This document shows, one piece after another, positions 1-8,124 of a DNA stretch of 32,000 nt. The notes below the pieces were generated by a model. The model saw nothing but the letters and a program-made list of their open reading frames with translations, made no database searches and had not been told where the DNA came from. This stretch comes from Ferroglobus placidus DSM 10642 (GTDB lineage Archaea; Halobacteriota; Archaeoglobi; Archaeoglobales; Archaeoglobaceae), in assembly GCF_000025505.1 (NCBI RefSeq), contig NC_013849.1:360001-392000 (forward strand), written 5' to 3'. Positions within the stretch are counted from its first letter, which is position 1. Each line of letters opens with the position of its first letter. The translations under genes were made by a program, and so were the position numbers.

Positions 1-251
1 CTTTCCTCTTTCAAAGTCGTCGCGGCGTTTTTTACATCCCTAACCGCCAAGTAGTACATCGAAGCGTATATGTGCTTACACTTGACCCCTTTCTTAAAAT
101 CGGGACATTCGCAAGTCCATCTGTCCCTATTCCACACGACCCTGTACTCTTTATCTCCCTTTTCGGATTTCACAACGAACTCTCCTTCCTTTACCTGAAG
201 AACTTTACCCTCAGCGAGGAGTTTAAGCCCCTTATCTCTCCTTTTCGACAT
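1..251 (-). CDS. SWIM zinc-finger protein, partial (3' end lies beyond the window start)
   Basis: Not in the ORF track because it runs off the edge. Reverse-strand ATG at 251-249. My translation is MSKRRDKGLKLLAEGKVLQVKEGEFVVKSEKGDKEYRVVWNRDRWTCECPDFKKGVKCKHIYASMYYLAVRDVKNAATTLKEE.. It carries the SWIM CxCx(n)CxH signature (CECPDFKKGVKCKH). The opposite-strand track ORF 72..329 looks like a shadow. Confidence 0.6.
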   Translation of the reverse strand, partial: MSKRRDKGLKLLAEGKVLQVKEGEFVVKSEKGDKEYRVVWNRDRWTCECPDFKKGVKCKHIYASMYYLAVRDVKNAATTLKEE

Positions 252-380
252 CTTCGATCACCTCGGAAGAACAAACGCGACTTCCGAGCTATGCTGAAGC
301 CTTTTCGACGTTCTCTAAAACCGCAGTAGCGATTTCCTCAACTGCAGCGTCGATGTTTTCTAACACGAGCTGCAGCGTTT

Positions 381-959
381 TCAGAGGGTTGCTCCCGCAC
401 TTTCTTTTTTCTTTCCAATCTCTTTTCCGGTATTTGCAGTCTGCCCGCAACGCCAACACTCTGGTCCGGGAACGCGTTTTCCTAGCTTTTTTAGCTCCTC
501 CTTGTCCTTTAGATGCTCGATGAGCTCTTGAAGTATCTTTTCTGCCGTTTGGACGTCAATTACGAGAATACCTCCACTTCTCAGATCCACGAGGATTGTT
601 TTTGTCCGGCTTAGAAGTGTGTAGATTGCAGGTTGGACTAGTTTCACACTACCGGTTTTAACCTCTATTAGGGCAGAGCAACCGTTTCCTCCGGTAATGT
701 AAACCCTACTTATCGCCCCGTTGACGTATCCGAGCTTGAGGGAGACCTCGTTGGCAACATCACTTTTGTTCAGTTTAAGCTGAAGTCTTGCAAGCAACCT
801 CGACTTGGCTATATCGTGTACGAGCCTATACGCGGAAGATAATTCCTTGTTTTCCGGTTTGTAGAATGGACAGACCGTAAGTAGTTGTTCGTCGAGCTGG
901 CTCGGTCTGAACGCGTCAAGTAGCTTCTTAATCTTCTCCTCGATCTTTCCGTCAACCAT
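381..959 (-). CDS. hypothetical protein, possible RecB/Cas4-like PD-(D/E)xK fold
   Basis: Track ORF, 192 aa. ALIEVKTG...VQPAIYTLL resembles the (D/E)xK and QxxxY motifs of RecB/Cas4-type nucleases. Cys residues sit near the N-terminus (CPFYK) and C-terminus (CWRCG). The usual upstream Asp is not obvious (GAISRV), so the fold and activity are tentative. It lies on the same strand, directly upstream of the SWIM gene. Confidence 0.5.
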   Translation of the reverse strand: MVDGKIEEKIKKLLDAFRPSQLDEQLLTVCPFYKPENKELSSAYRLVHDIAKSRLLARLQLKLNKSDVANEVSLKLGYVNGAISRVYITGGNGCSALIEVKTGSVKLVQPAIYTLLSRTKTILVDLRSGGILVIDVQTAEKILQELIEHLKDKEELKKLGKRVPGPECWRCGQTANTGKEIGKKKESAGATL

Positions 960-973
960 ACTTTCTTCACCTC

Positions 974-1050
974 ATTGTAGCCTTATTGTAGCTACATAGT
1001 GGTTATAATGTAGTTAACAAAGAAATTTATATTTTTCGCCACATTGTAGC
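974..1050. promoter_or_regulatory. divergent promoter/operator region with four ATTGTAGC-like repeats
   Basis: ATTGTAGC occurs at 974-981, 985-992 and 1043-1050, and AATGTAGT at 1007-1014. The second copy is part of a perfect 10-bp palindrome, TGTAGCTACA (987-996). The region lies between divergent starts at 959 (-) and 1055 (+). Confidence 0.5.
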
Positions 1051-1054
1051 TCTA

Positions 1055-1207
1055 ATGAAAAAAATCAAGATCACGGTAGAAGGGTACGAAGTAATCGAGA
1101 AAGTCGTCAAGAGTGCCGGAAACTCTGGAAGGATATATCTGCCAAAGTCATGGGTCAACAAGAGAGTCAAGGTAATTTTATTGGAGCCTATCGATGAATC
1201 AAGTTAA
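1055..1207 (+). CDS. small AbrB/SpoVT-type (DUF2080-like) DNA-binding protein
   Basis: 50-aa ORF, below the track cutoff: MKKIKITVEGYEVIEKVVKSAGNSGRIYLPKSWVNKRVKVILLEPIDESS. The GNSGRIYLPKSWVNKRVKV segment is the typical swapped-hairpin AbrB-like motif seen in small archaeal 'transposon-encoded' DUF2080 proteins. Confidence 0.6.
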   Translation: MKKIKITVEGYEVIEKVVKSAGNSGRIYLPKSWVNKRVKVILLEPIDESS

Positions 1208-1240
1208 TTTCAAAAAAGCTTAAACTAATAGTTCCGAAAT

Positions 1241-1762
1241 TCACTGGAGGAGTTTCACTACTTCAACTATCGTCAATAACAGTAAAACGAAAGTTAGCAC
1301 AACCATAATCAGTTGAAGATTTTTATTTACAGATGCCAATTTAACGTTAGTCGATGCTAAAAATAGGCTAGTGTTATCTCGCAAATGGCTGTACGAGGTA
1401 CCGTACTGATTTCTGAGGATATCATACTCATTCCTTACATTTTCGGCATATTTTGATAGATCCTCGCAAAGTGCTTGATAGATTCCTTTCGTGATTGAAG
1501 GAATCATATCTTTTATTGGGATTGGCAACTCGCCGTAAAAAGGATTTGACAAAGCTCTTTTTTCTCTTTCTATATACGAAACAATCACACGACATTCATC
1601 GATAACGCGAGTCATTTCTGCGACAAAGTCACTGTATGCCTTTAAGACTAGATTTAGGGTGTTTTTTAGGTGCTTGACAAGATCTTTTTCGTTATAATAC
1701 TGTAATTGCCGTATATTTTCAGATATCTCATCAACATTCTTTTTATGGTCTAAAATACCCAT
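1241..1762 (-). CDS. hypothetical helical protein with C-terminal membrane anchor
   Basis: Track ORF, 173 aa, AT-rich. The C-terminus LQLIMVVLTFVLLLLTIVEVVKLL is a single TM helix (tail-anchored topology). No recognisable family motif. Confidence 0.55.
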   Translation of the reverse strand: MGILDHKKNVDEISENIRQLQYYNEKDLVKHLKNTLNLVLKAYSDFVAEMTRVIDECRVIVSYIEREKRALSNPFYGELPIPIKDMIPSITKGIYQALCEDLSKYAENVRNEYDILRNQYGTSYSHLRDNTSLFLASTNVKLASVNKNLQLIMVVLTFVLLLLTIVEVVKLLQ

Positions 1763-1777
1763 AAACCTGAAGCGAAG

Positions 1778-1960
1778 TCAGTAAATTAATAATAACATAT
1801 GGATTAACCTATTAATAGTGACTTCTCCTAGAATTTCAAAATCTTTCTGTATTAGAGCATTTGATGTCACTATTGAAAAACCAGTATAGCAGAATCCAAA
1901 GTTGTCAAAAACTGCGTCACTTTGCCCGACTATGCTCAAAAGCACTGGTATTATTGACAT
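1778..1960 (-). CDS. small hypothetical protein (weak call)
   Basis: 60-aa track ORF, 15 nt upstream of and co-oriented with 1241..1762. It shares the same AT-rich composition. No motif recognised. Confidence 0.3.
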   Translation of the reverse strand: MSIIPVLLSIVGQSDAVFDNFGFCYTGFSIVTSNALIQKDFEILGEVTINRLIHMLLLIY

Positions 1961-2199
1961 TAGCCCAGATGTGTTAATATTGAATGAGTAAAGAACCTAT
2001 CACTCCTAAGTTTAACAAGCTAACAAGCTCATCATTGTTAAATGAGTCTTTATCAGACAAGTCATCAAGTATTTCTCTGAGATATCCACAATTAATTTAT
2101 TTTTTCCGAATAATTATTTCCTAGTCACCTCTTAATTTTAGAGAACAGTCGAAAAGTGTATTGAAATGAAAATCTAATGGACCGGTTTTGTACTAAGCG

Positions 2200-3915
2200 A
2201 TGGACTCGAACCGGACGAGATCGGAGAGCTGTCACCTGAAACGTCACGTGATTTCTGATCAGCACAAGAATAAAAATAAGGACATGCGCATAACCCAGAA
2301 ATCTGTACTGGAGAAGCTCCTGGAGTTATACGAAAGCGAGAAAAGGCCTGTGTGCATAGGCGATCTTAAACGTGCGTTCAACGTTCTGGAGAAGAGAGAT
2401 GCAGCAAGATCAAACAGCTGGAGGAAGACGGATAAAATAGAGTATGCCCTCAGAGAGCTGTTCAAAAAGGGAAAGCTCTCGAGATCCGAGAAACAGGTAA
2501 GGCTCGAGAACTACCCTGCATCGCCATATGCCAGCATCAGGAGCAGGACAGTCAACGTGTACTTCTATGCTCCAGCAGATTGCGCTGGACAGGTGCTGAG
2601 CTTCGAGGTTGGTGGAAACCATGTTTCCGCGAAGTTCATCCGGTACGAGGAAAGAGTAAAGGAAACACCGAAGAAGGAGATGGTTCTTGAAGTGCTTAAA
2701 AATGCGGAGAGAGCAATGACCGCCGGAGAAATTGTGGAGGAAATCTGCAAAAGATACGATGCGTACAAGATAGACAGCAGGCAGGACTACTACAACGCGA
2801 TAAGCTCGATAACGCATGCTGTTCTGAAACCTCTGAGGAAGCACGGATTGCGTGGCTTCAAGCTCGACGGGAAATGGGTGTGGTACTTCACAGAGGAACA
2901 GCTGGAAAATTTCAGGGAATGGTACATAAGGAACAGCGAGCTTCTCAGGACGGCGAGGGATCTTGTTAAGAGCGAGAAGGCTGTTCCGCTGAGCAGGATT
3001 TTATCCGAGACTGTAGCGACGCCTGATGAGGCGAAGTACCATCTGAAGAGAGTTGCGAAGTACATACCCGTCGAGATAAGGGTTGAGACAGTCGATGGAA
3101 AGACGGATGTTCACATTTCTGTGCCAGAATTCAAGAGAGATTCGTTCATTGACTGGCTGGGCTATGTGGTGCCAAAATCCCAGTCTGGTTTTGGATACGA
3201 GAGCTTCCTCGTTGATCTAGATTCGGACTGGGTCGAGGCCCTGAAAGCTGCTATCAGAAAATCGCTGGAAAGGGTGAACATCAAAACCGTCATAGGTGCT
3301 TTCTACGAGAAACTAGTTGCGAGGGTTTTCGAGGTTCTGTGCACGTCCGAAGAGCTCAGGAAAAATCCGGAGCTGAGCAAATTCGCAATACCCTTCGTTT
3401 TCAGGGACGAAAAGGTAACGAATGTGTGGATAGTCACCGAGCAGGGCAGAAAAATAGAGTTCGATGTCCTGATAAGGGGAACGTTTTACTCCTTCGACGT
3501 CATGGCTTCCAGAAGGGAAACACTTGACATAATAATCCCCGTGGAGTGCAAGTACCGAATGGTGAGACCAGAAGACGTGACAGCTTTTGATGATAGAGTT
3601 AGAGCTGCATTCGGTGAGAGGAGGAACGTGCTTCCACTGATGATAGGACTTGGCTGGAACAGCGAGGCACTGCATATTGCCAAGAGACTGGGAATAATGA
3701 CCCTTTACTTTTCAGCTGTGGACAAACTTCTCAGCGAGATGCTGGGCAGGAACCACAGGCACGAGTATGAGTGGAAAAAGGTTGAGGAGATGCTGAACAA
3801 AGGTGAGATAACGCTGAAGGAACTGAGGGAGAAGTTGAAGAAGGGAGAATGGAGGTTTGAGTTTGAGGAATGGTTACTTAATTCTACACGAGGTTCTGAG
3901 GAATGTAAACAGTAA
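2200..3915 (+). CDS. multi-winged-helix protein with C-terminal Mrr-like restriction endonuclease domain
   Basis: Track ORF, 571 aa. The first 28 codons look unprotein-like, so the ATG at 2284 (MRITQKSVLEKL..) may be the real start. Several wHTH-like segments are present. The C-terminal FYEKLVARVFE..EFDVLI..IIPVECKY..VTAFDDRV..LMIGLGWNSEAL..AKRLGIMTLYF matches the Mrr_cat D..ExK nuclease core. Confidence 0.7.
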   Translation: MDSNRTRSESCHLKRHVISDQHKNKNKDMRITQKSVLEKLLELYESEKRPVCIGDLKRAFNVLEKRDAARSNSWRKTDKIEYALRELFKKGKLSRSEKQVRLENYPASPYASIRSRTVNVYFYAPADCAGQVLSFEVGGNHVSAKFIRYEERVKETPKKEMVLEVLKNAERAMTAGEIVEEICKRYDAYKIDSRQDYYNAISSITHAVLKPLRKHGLRGFKLDGKWVWYFTEEQLENFREWYIRNSELLRTARDLVKSEKAVPLSRILSETVATPDEAKYHLKRVAKYIPVEIRVETVDGKTDVHISVPEFKRDSFIDWLGYVVPKSQSGFGYESFLVDLDSDWVEALKAAIRKSLERVNIKTVIGAFYEKLVARVFEVLCTSEELRKNPELSKFAIPFVFRDEKVTNVWIVTEQGRKIEFDVLIRGTFYSFDVMASRRETLDIIIPVECKYRMVRPEDVTAFDDRVRAAFGERRNVLPLMIGLGWNSEALHIAKRLGIMTLYFSAVDKLLSEMLGRNHRHEYEWKKVEEMLNKGEITLKELREKLKKGEWRFEFEEWLLNSTRGSEECKQ

Positions 3916-4231
3916 AAACTAGATTCAGTAACTCCCTATGTCTTTTTTCAAAGGCCTGTTTATCCCAGCTGCTGTAATTCCTGAGCATTGTCGTGATTGC
4001 GAAAGGATTGCGCTGGACATCAAAATACCTCTCAAGCTTTTTCCTGTATTCATAATTTGAAGCTCTGGAATTTCTTCTCTTGTTGAGGAGTGTTAAATTT
4101 CCAAGTTTGTTAACAATTTTCTTGATCTCCTCCTCAGAAAATATATTCAGCCATTCTCCTTTCGGATTGCGCGGTAGTATGTGTTCAACAGTTATTGTTT
4201 CCAGATTTGAGTATCCCCTAAAGTTTTCCTC
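3884..4231 (-). CDS. DUF1524 (HNH/His-Me finger) C-terminal fragment of the disrupted GmrSD-like gene
   Basis: 115 codons with no start codon, in the same frame as 4232..5299: EENFRGYSNLETITVEHILPRNPKGEWLNIFSEEEIKKIVNKLGNLTLLNKRRNSRASNYEYRKKLERYF... It overlaps the 3' end of the convergent gene 2200..3915 by 32 nt. Confidence 0.75.
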   Translation of the reverse strand, partial: EENFRGYSNLETITVEHILPRNPKGEWLNIFSEEEIKKIVNKLGNLTLLNKRRNSRASNYEYRKKLERYFDVQRNPFAITTMLRNYSSWDKQAFEKRHRELLNLVFTVYIPQNLV

Positions 4232-5299
4232 TTACATTTCCATGTCCAGTCTTAAAAGTACGTATCTAGCCATTTTTCCACCTTTGAGAGAATAAAACTG
4301 CTGGTCATCGAGTTTTGAAAGGAGAATTCTTTTAAGAAGATCCCTATCGCTGAAATTGATTGTTCTCCTTTTCTTTCCTCTTCTGATTTCTTCCGGTGTT
4401 TCAAACATTTTTTCGAGTACATTTTTCGGATCACTTGAGTTCTCTATCAGCCTTATGAGATTTATTGCACTCGTAAGTCTCTCTGTTGCTGTAAAATCAG
4501 CACACCACTCAACAAAGAACTTTCTTTCCAGGTTAAATGCGAATTCGTACAGCGATCTATCATCACCAAATTTCTTGTAAAAGAACAGTAATGGCGGTAT
4601 CCATTCAGAGAACGGCATATATTTGTACATGATCTGCATTAAAAATTTGTACCTTTCTTTTTCACTCGAAGTTAATGCAATTAGATCTGGGTCGAGTATT
4701 TTCTCTCTATAAATTCTTCCGTAATCTGTAACTATATCAAAGAATTCTGTACCTTTTTTAATTCTATTTTCTTTAAAAAGTTTCTCAAATTCGTCTACCA
4801 GTTCTCTTCTTGCTTTCTCCTTGGCGTATATTGTTCTTATGTAGCTTATAAGGCCTTCAAGCTCCTCCCTTCCGAGATCCTCCTCCAGATCTCTCCACTT
4901 GTTAAAATATTCCACTCTCTTTTCTTCCGGTATCGGCTCCAAGTTTATACTCTTGAGAACATCCGCTGCTGTCAGGGGGAGACCACGAGTATTAAGAACA
5001 TTAAAAAGTCTGAAGGCTGAACTTCTGTTGTCAGTTATAATATAGACAAAGTAAACATTCTGAAGAACATAGCTTAAGAATTCCTTAATTTGGTTTTGGT
5101 CAAGACCTTCTAAAAATTCTCTGAATACTTTAACAGCTTCATACAGATGATAAATAGGCGAATCCTTATCTGGATACGAAATCCTCCTAGATTCGAAGTC
5201 TTCTATTAATTTAACGGTTCCATTTTCTTTGTATACATTATTTAGAAAACAATTCTCTGAGATCTTTCCAAACTGAGATTCTCTCTCTGTCAGGAACAC
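4232..5299 (-). CDS. central fragment of the disrupted GmrSD-like gene
   Basis: Track ORF, 355 aa. It starts only at a GTG, and its frame is open upstream to 5323. No independent promoter or RBS is evident. It ends at the in-frame TAA. Confidence 0.6.
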   Translation of the reverse strand: MFLTERESQFGKISENCFLNNVYKENGTVKLIEDFESRRISYPDKDSPIYHLYEAVKVFREFLEGLDQNQIKEFLSYVLQNVYFVYIITDNRSSAFRLFNVLNTRGLPLTAADVLKSINLEPIPEEKRVEYFNKWRDLEEDLGREELEGLISYIRTIYAKEKARRELVDEFEKLFKENRIKKGTEFFDIVTDYGRIYREKILDPDLIALTSSEKERYKFLMQIMYKYMPFSEWIPPLLFFYKKFGDDRSLYEFAFNLERKFFVEWCADFTATERLTSAINLIRLIENSSDPKNVLEKMFETPEEIRRGKKRRTINFSDRDLLKRILLSKLDDQQFYSLKGGKMARYVLLRLDMEM

Positions 5300-5657
5300 C
5301 TCCGAGTACTGAGCCGCGCTGAATTAAGTAATTATATTGAATATCAGTCTTAAATTCCGAGTCCTTTAAAACATCTCGTGCAACAGCGAATAGAATTATA
5401 AGGGAAGTCAATCTTTGCTGACCATCCACTACCTCGTATGTAACACTATCTTGACTTTTGAGGAGAACTGTGCCTAAGAAGTAACTTTCTTGACCGCTTT
5501 CCATGGCATCCAAAATATCCTCTATCAATGCCTGAAAATTGTCTTCATTCCAGCTGAACGGTCTTTGATAAATAGGTATTTCAAAAAGGTGATTACTCAG
5601 GAGTTTTCTTACTATAATCTCCTTAGCCTCTATTTTGGAAGAAACTTCCTGAGGCAT
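5238..5657 (-). CDS. DUF262 (ParB-like) N-terminal fragment of the disrupted GmrSD-like gene
   Basis: Track ORF, 139 aa, with QRPFSW and DGQQRLTS motifs. Confidence 0.8.
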   Translation of the reverse strand: MPQEVSSKIEAKEIIVRKLLSNHLFEIPIYQRPFSWNEDNFQALIEDILDAMESGQESYFLGTVLLKSQDSVTYEVVDGQQRLTSLIILFAVARDVLKDSEFKTDIQYNYLIQRGSVLGGVPDRERISVWKDLRELFSK

Positions 5658-5701
5658 AAGATAAATTAAGAATCTTCCCGATATAAATATTACTTAATTC
5701 T

Positions 5702-6802
5702 TTACAGCTGCGTAAAAATCCTCCTCGGTACATTCAGCCTTATAAAATAGCTCCCTCCAATTCCTCTCCTTTCCATGGTTATCAGTCCATATTTCGCAAG
5801 CCTTTCAAGGTAATACCTGAGCATCCTGTCCCTAACTCCAGAAGGATACACCCTTCTGTAGAGCTCATAGAACTCCGGATAGAAAATCCCGTTCTCAGGT
5901 ATGAGCGAGATTATCTTCCTTTCCTTCGATGAGAGCTGCTCCACAATGCTCTTTGCCTTTGCGAACTGCGACTCCGAGAGAGCCTGCTTTATGTGCTCAA
6001 CAGTTACCCTGAACTTCCCATCCTGCCTTGCAAGCTCTCCTGCCCTGAGCAAAGTTTCTCTGGCTATCCTCACATCTCCTCCCATCTCGCAGGCGACCTC
6101 TGCCAGGTACTCCACTGCCTCTTCATCCACCACTCCCTTCTGAAATGCAAATTCGACGCGAATCCTGATTATCTCCTTCATCTCGTCAATAGTGTAAGCC
6201 CTGTAGGGAATTTCTTCAACAGGGCGAAGAGAGCTCTTTATTCTGGGATCAACGTTCATGAACACGAACTGATCGTTTGTTATCATGATAAGCTGCACAG
6301 GAATCGATTCCTCTCTGAGCCTTGAGAGGTCGTAGAGGACTTCGGAGCCGCGTGGCAAAAGATGATCGACCTCGTCAAGGCATATCACAGGAAATACCCT
6401 GCTCTTCTTCAGCTCGGAAACGAGCAGGTCGAAAAGCTCGTCATACGCAACACCTCTCCTAGAGGGAATTCTCCTTGTCGGTCTTACTTTTCTGAAAAAC
6501 TCGAAGATTACTGCATAAACAACTCCCATTCTCGTGTTGATGCGGAAGCAGTTTATGTAAACGGGAAATGCAGCAGTTTCCTCTTCAAGCTTTCTGAAGA
6601 TGAACTTCACAGAAGCAGTCTTTCCGGTACCGGGTGGACCAAATATGAAGATGTTTGAAATGCTCTCGGGATTTTTCAGAGCCGAGTTTATTATGGACGA
6701 GATTGCCTTTATCTCCTTCTCCCTATGGGGGAGATGATCGGGTATGTAATCAGGAAATAAAACCTCCTTCTGCCTGAAAACAGGATCCTCGTACGAGTAC
6801 AT
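5702..6802 (-). CDS. cdc6: Orc1/Cdc6 family AAA+ replication initiator paralogue
   Basis: Walker A GPPGTGKTASV, Walker B VICLDEVDHL, and a C-terminal winged helix (YLERLAKYGLITMERRGIGGSYFIRL). The track ORF extends to 6853. The ATG at 6802 (MYSYEDPVFRQKEVLFPDYIPDHLPHRE) fits the family N-terminus and leaves room for a TATA-like CTTTAAAAATTC upstream. Confidence 0.9.
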   Translation of the reverse strand: MYSYEDPVFRQKEVLFPDYIPDHLPHREKEIKAISSIINSALKNPESISNIFIFGPPGTGKTASVKFIFRKLEEETAAFPVYINCFRINTRMGVVYAVIFEFFRKVRPTRRIPSRRGVAYDELFDLLVSELKKSRVFPVICLDEVDHLLPRGSEVLYDLSRLREESIPVQLIMITNDQFVFMNVDPRIKSSLRPVEEIPYRAYTIDEMKEIIRIRVEFAFQKGVVDEEAVEYLAEVACEMGGDVRIARETLLRAGELARQDGKFRVTVEHIKQALSESQFAKAKSIVEQLSSKERKIISLIPENGIFYPEFYELYRRVYPSGVRDRMLRYYLERLAKYGLITMERRGIGGSYFIRLNVPRRIFTQL

Positions 6803-6876
6803 GATTAAAATTAGCTTAGAAGAATTTTTAAAGCTGAAAGGAGTAGATTGCAAAGTTTAAAATAATTTCTTTCTCT

Positions 6877-8112
6877 ATGAAGCCTTTCGAAAAATTAATG
6901 ATAGTTGATGGGTATGAAACTTCTAGAATGCAGACAATGGACGAAATGAATAAGGTATTTTTAAGAATGATAAGTGATATAAAAAAATTGGAGAGATCCA
7001 AAAAACTAACAATTAAACATGATGAAATGTTAAAACGTTCTGTTGAATGGCTTAAAAACCATCAACATCCAGACGGCTACTGGGGGTACGAATCCGTTGC
7101 TGATACAGGTTTAGTATTTCTTGCTCTCATAACATATGGGATAAGGGATGAAATATGGAGCATTAAAGGCAAATATGAAGGAGGGCTGCTTAAAGCTAGT
7201 AAATGGCTCAAGGATGTTCTGAATGTTGACAATTGGGAAAATAATCTCTGGGATACTTCAATATGCTTTCAAGCATTGTATAGATACGAAATTCGGGATG
7301 ATTGGATTTTTAGAGTTCTTGAGTGGATTAAAAGAACATGTGAAGAGAGAGCTGAAAAATTACCACTACACCACCTAGCTCAAGCAATACAGGCTCTACT
7401 TGACGCAGGACTGGAAGAAGATGCTAGAAAAGTTTGTGAAATTATCATTTATAGAATGATGTCACATATGCTAGATAAGGATAATTACATGGATCCCTAT
7501 ATAGTTGGACAGGTCTTAGACGCATTAGTTAGAGCAGGATATACGCCTGGGACAGAAGTTATCTCGGTCTGTGAATCGAACTTAAGAAATTTCCTAAAAG
7601 GAGCAAGAAATAAGGGAATTAGCGAAGCTACATTTCAAGATGTAATGATGGCTTTTACAGGTTTAGCGAGTTTACTAGGTGGAAATGATGATGAGCTTAT
7701 GAATTCTATACTTGCAGAGGTGTTTAAATCTCCTGAGAGATATAAGAAAGATGGCTTTTGGTATCATGACGCAAAGAAAACAGCTTTTGCTCTTATTGGA
7801 ATCAGCAAACTCAAAGAAGTTAGGAAAATAGACGAATTTCCATACAGAATTTACAAAGTTATTACAAATTATCAAAAAGAGCTGGAAGAGTTGCTTACAA
7901 ACCTAAAAGAGGAGTACGAAACACGGTTAAAAACACTCAAACAAGGTTATTTATGGATTTCCATTTCGTTTTTGTCTATTATTATTTCATTATTGTTGGT
8001 TCTAGTACTAACAATAAATAATCCGGTTTCTCAGCTCATAATTGGTGGGATTCTTTTTCCTGTATTTCTATCATCAGCAACAAAAACATATTTGTTATTT
8101 AAGGGTAAATGA
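6877..8112 (+). CDS. alpha/alpha-toroid (prenyltransferase/terpene-cyclase-like QW repeat) protein with C-terminal double TM anchor
   Basis: Track ORF, 411 aa, AT-rich. RSVEWLKNHQHPDGYWGY matches the QW-repeat pattern (a..WL...Q..DG.W). Further degenerate repeats are ASKWLKDVLNVDNWENNLWD and VLEWIKRT. The C-terminus has two hydrophobic helices (LWISISFLSIIISLLLVLVL, LIIGGILFPVFLSSA). No signal peptide. Confidence 0.6.
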   Translation: MKPFEKLMIVDGYETSRMQTMDEMNKVFLRMISDIKKLERSKKLTIKHDEMLKRSVEWLKNHQHPDGYWGYESVADTGLVFLALITYGIRDEIWSIKGKYEGGLLKASKWLKDVLNVDNWENNLWDTSICFQALYRYEIRDDWIFRVLEWIKRTCEERAEKLPLHHLAQAIQALLDAGLEEDARKVCEIIIYRMMSHMLDKDNYMDPYIVGQVLDALVRAGYTPGTEVISVCESNLRNFLKGARNKGISEATFQDVMMAFTGLASLLGGNDDELMNSILAEVFKSPERYKKDGFWYHDAKKTAFALIGISKLKEVRKIDEFPYRIYKVITNYQKELEELLTNLKEEYETRLKTLKQGYLWISISFLSIIISLLLVLVLTINNPVSQLIIGGILFPVFLSSATKTYLLFKGK

Positions 8113-8124
8113 GAAAGTACTATT

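Larger units (their letters stand above)
3884..5657 (-). pseudogene. GmrSD-like type IV restriction enzyme (DUF262 + DUF1524), disrupted by one frameshift and one in-frame stop
   Basis: The N-terminal fragment has IPIYQRPFSWNEDNF and DGQQRLTSL (DUF262). The reading frame changes within 5238-5323. The central fragment ends at an in-frame TAA (4234-4232). The same frame stays open to 3884 and encodes ..TVEHILPRNP..GNLTLLNKRRNSRASNYEY.. (DUF1524 His-Me finger). Confidence 0.8.

Noticed and set aside
72-329. 85-aa plus-strand track ORF
   Set aside because: It has a Pro/Ser/Phe-rich, unprotein-like sequence. The opposite strand encodes a convincing SWIM-finger protein with good codon usage, so this is an antisense shadow.
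2202-2212. tRNA T-arm-like 11-mer (GGTTCGAGTCC on the minus strand) at a composition boundary; considered as a tRNA fragment or att scar
   Set aside because: The flanking sequence does not form a T-stem, an acceptor stem or an anticodon arm. A single 11-mer is not enough. It is kept only as a hint that 2200-2283 may be non-coding.
2259-3683. Multiple minus-strand track ORFs inside the Mrr-like gene
   Set aside because: They are nested antisense frames without motifs, whereas the plus-strand ORF is continuous for 571 codons with a recognisable nuclease core.
5658-6876. Replication origin next to orc1/cdc6
   Set aside because: The flanking intergenic regions are only about 44 and 74 bp. I could not find repeated ORB-like boxes or a long AT-rich unwinding element.
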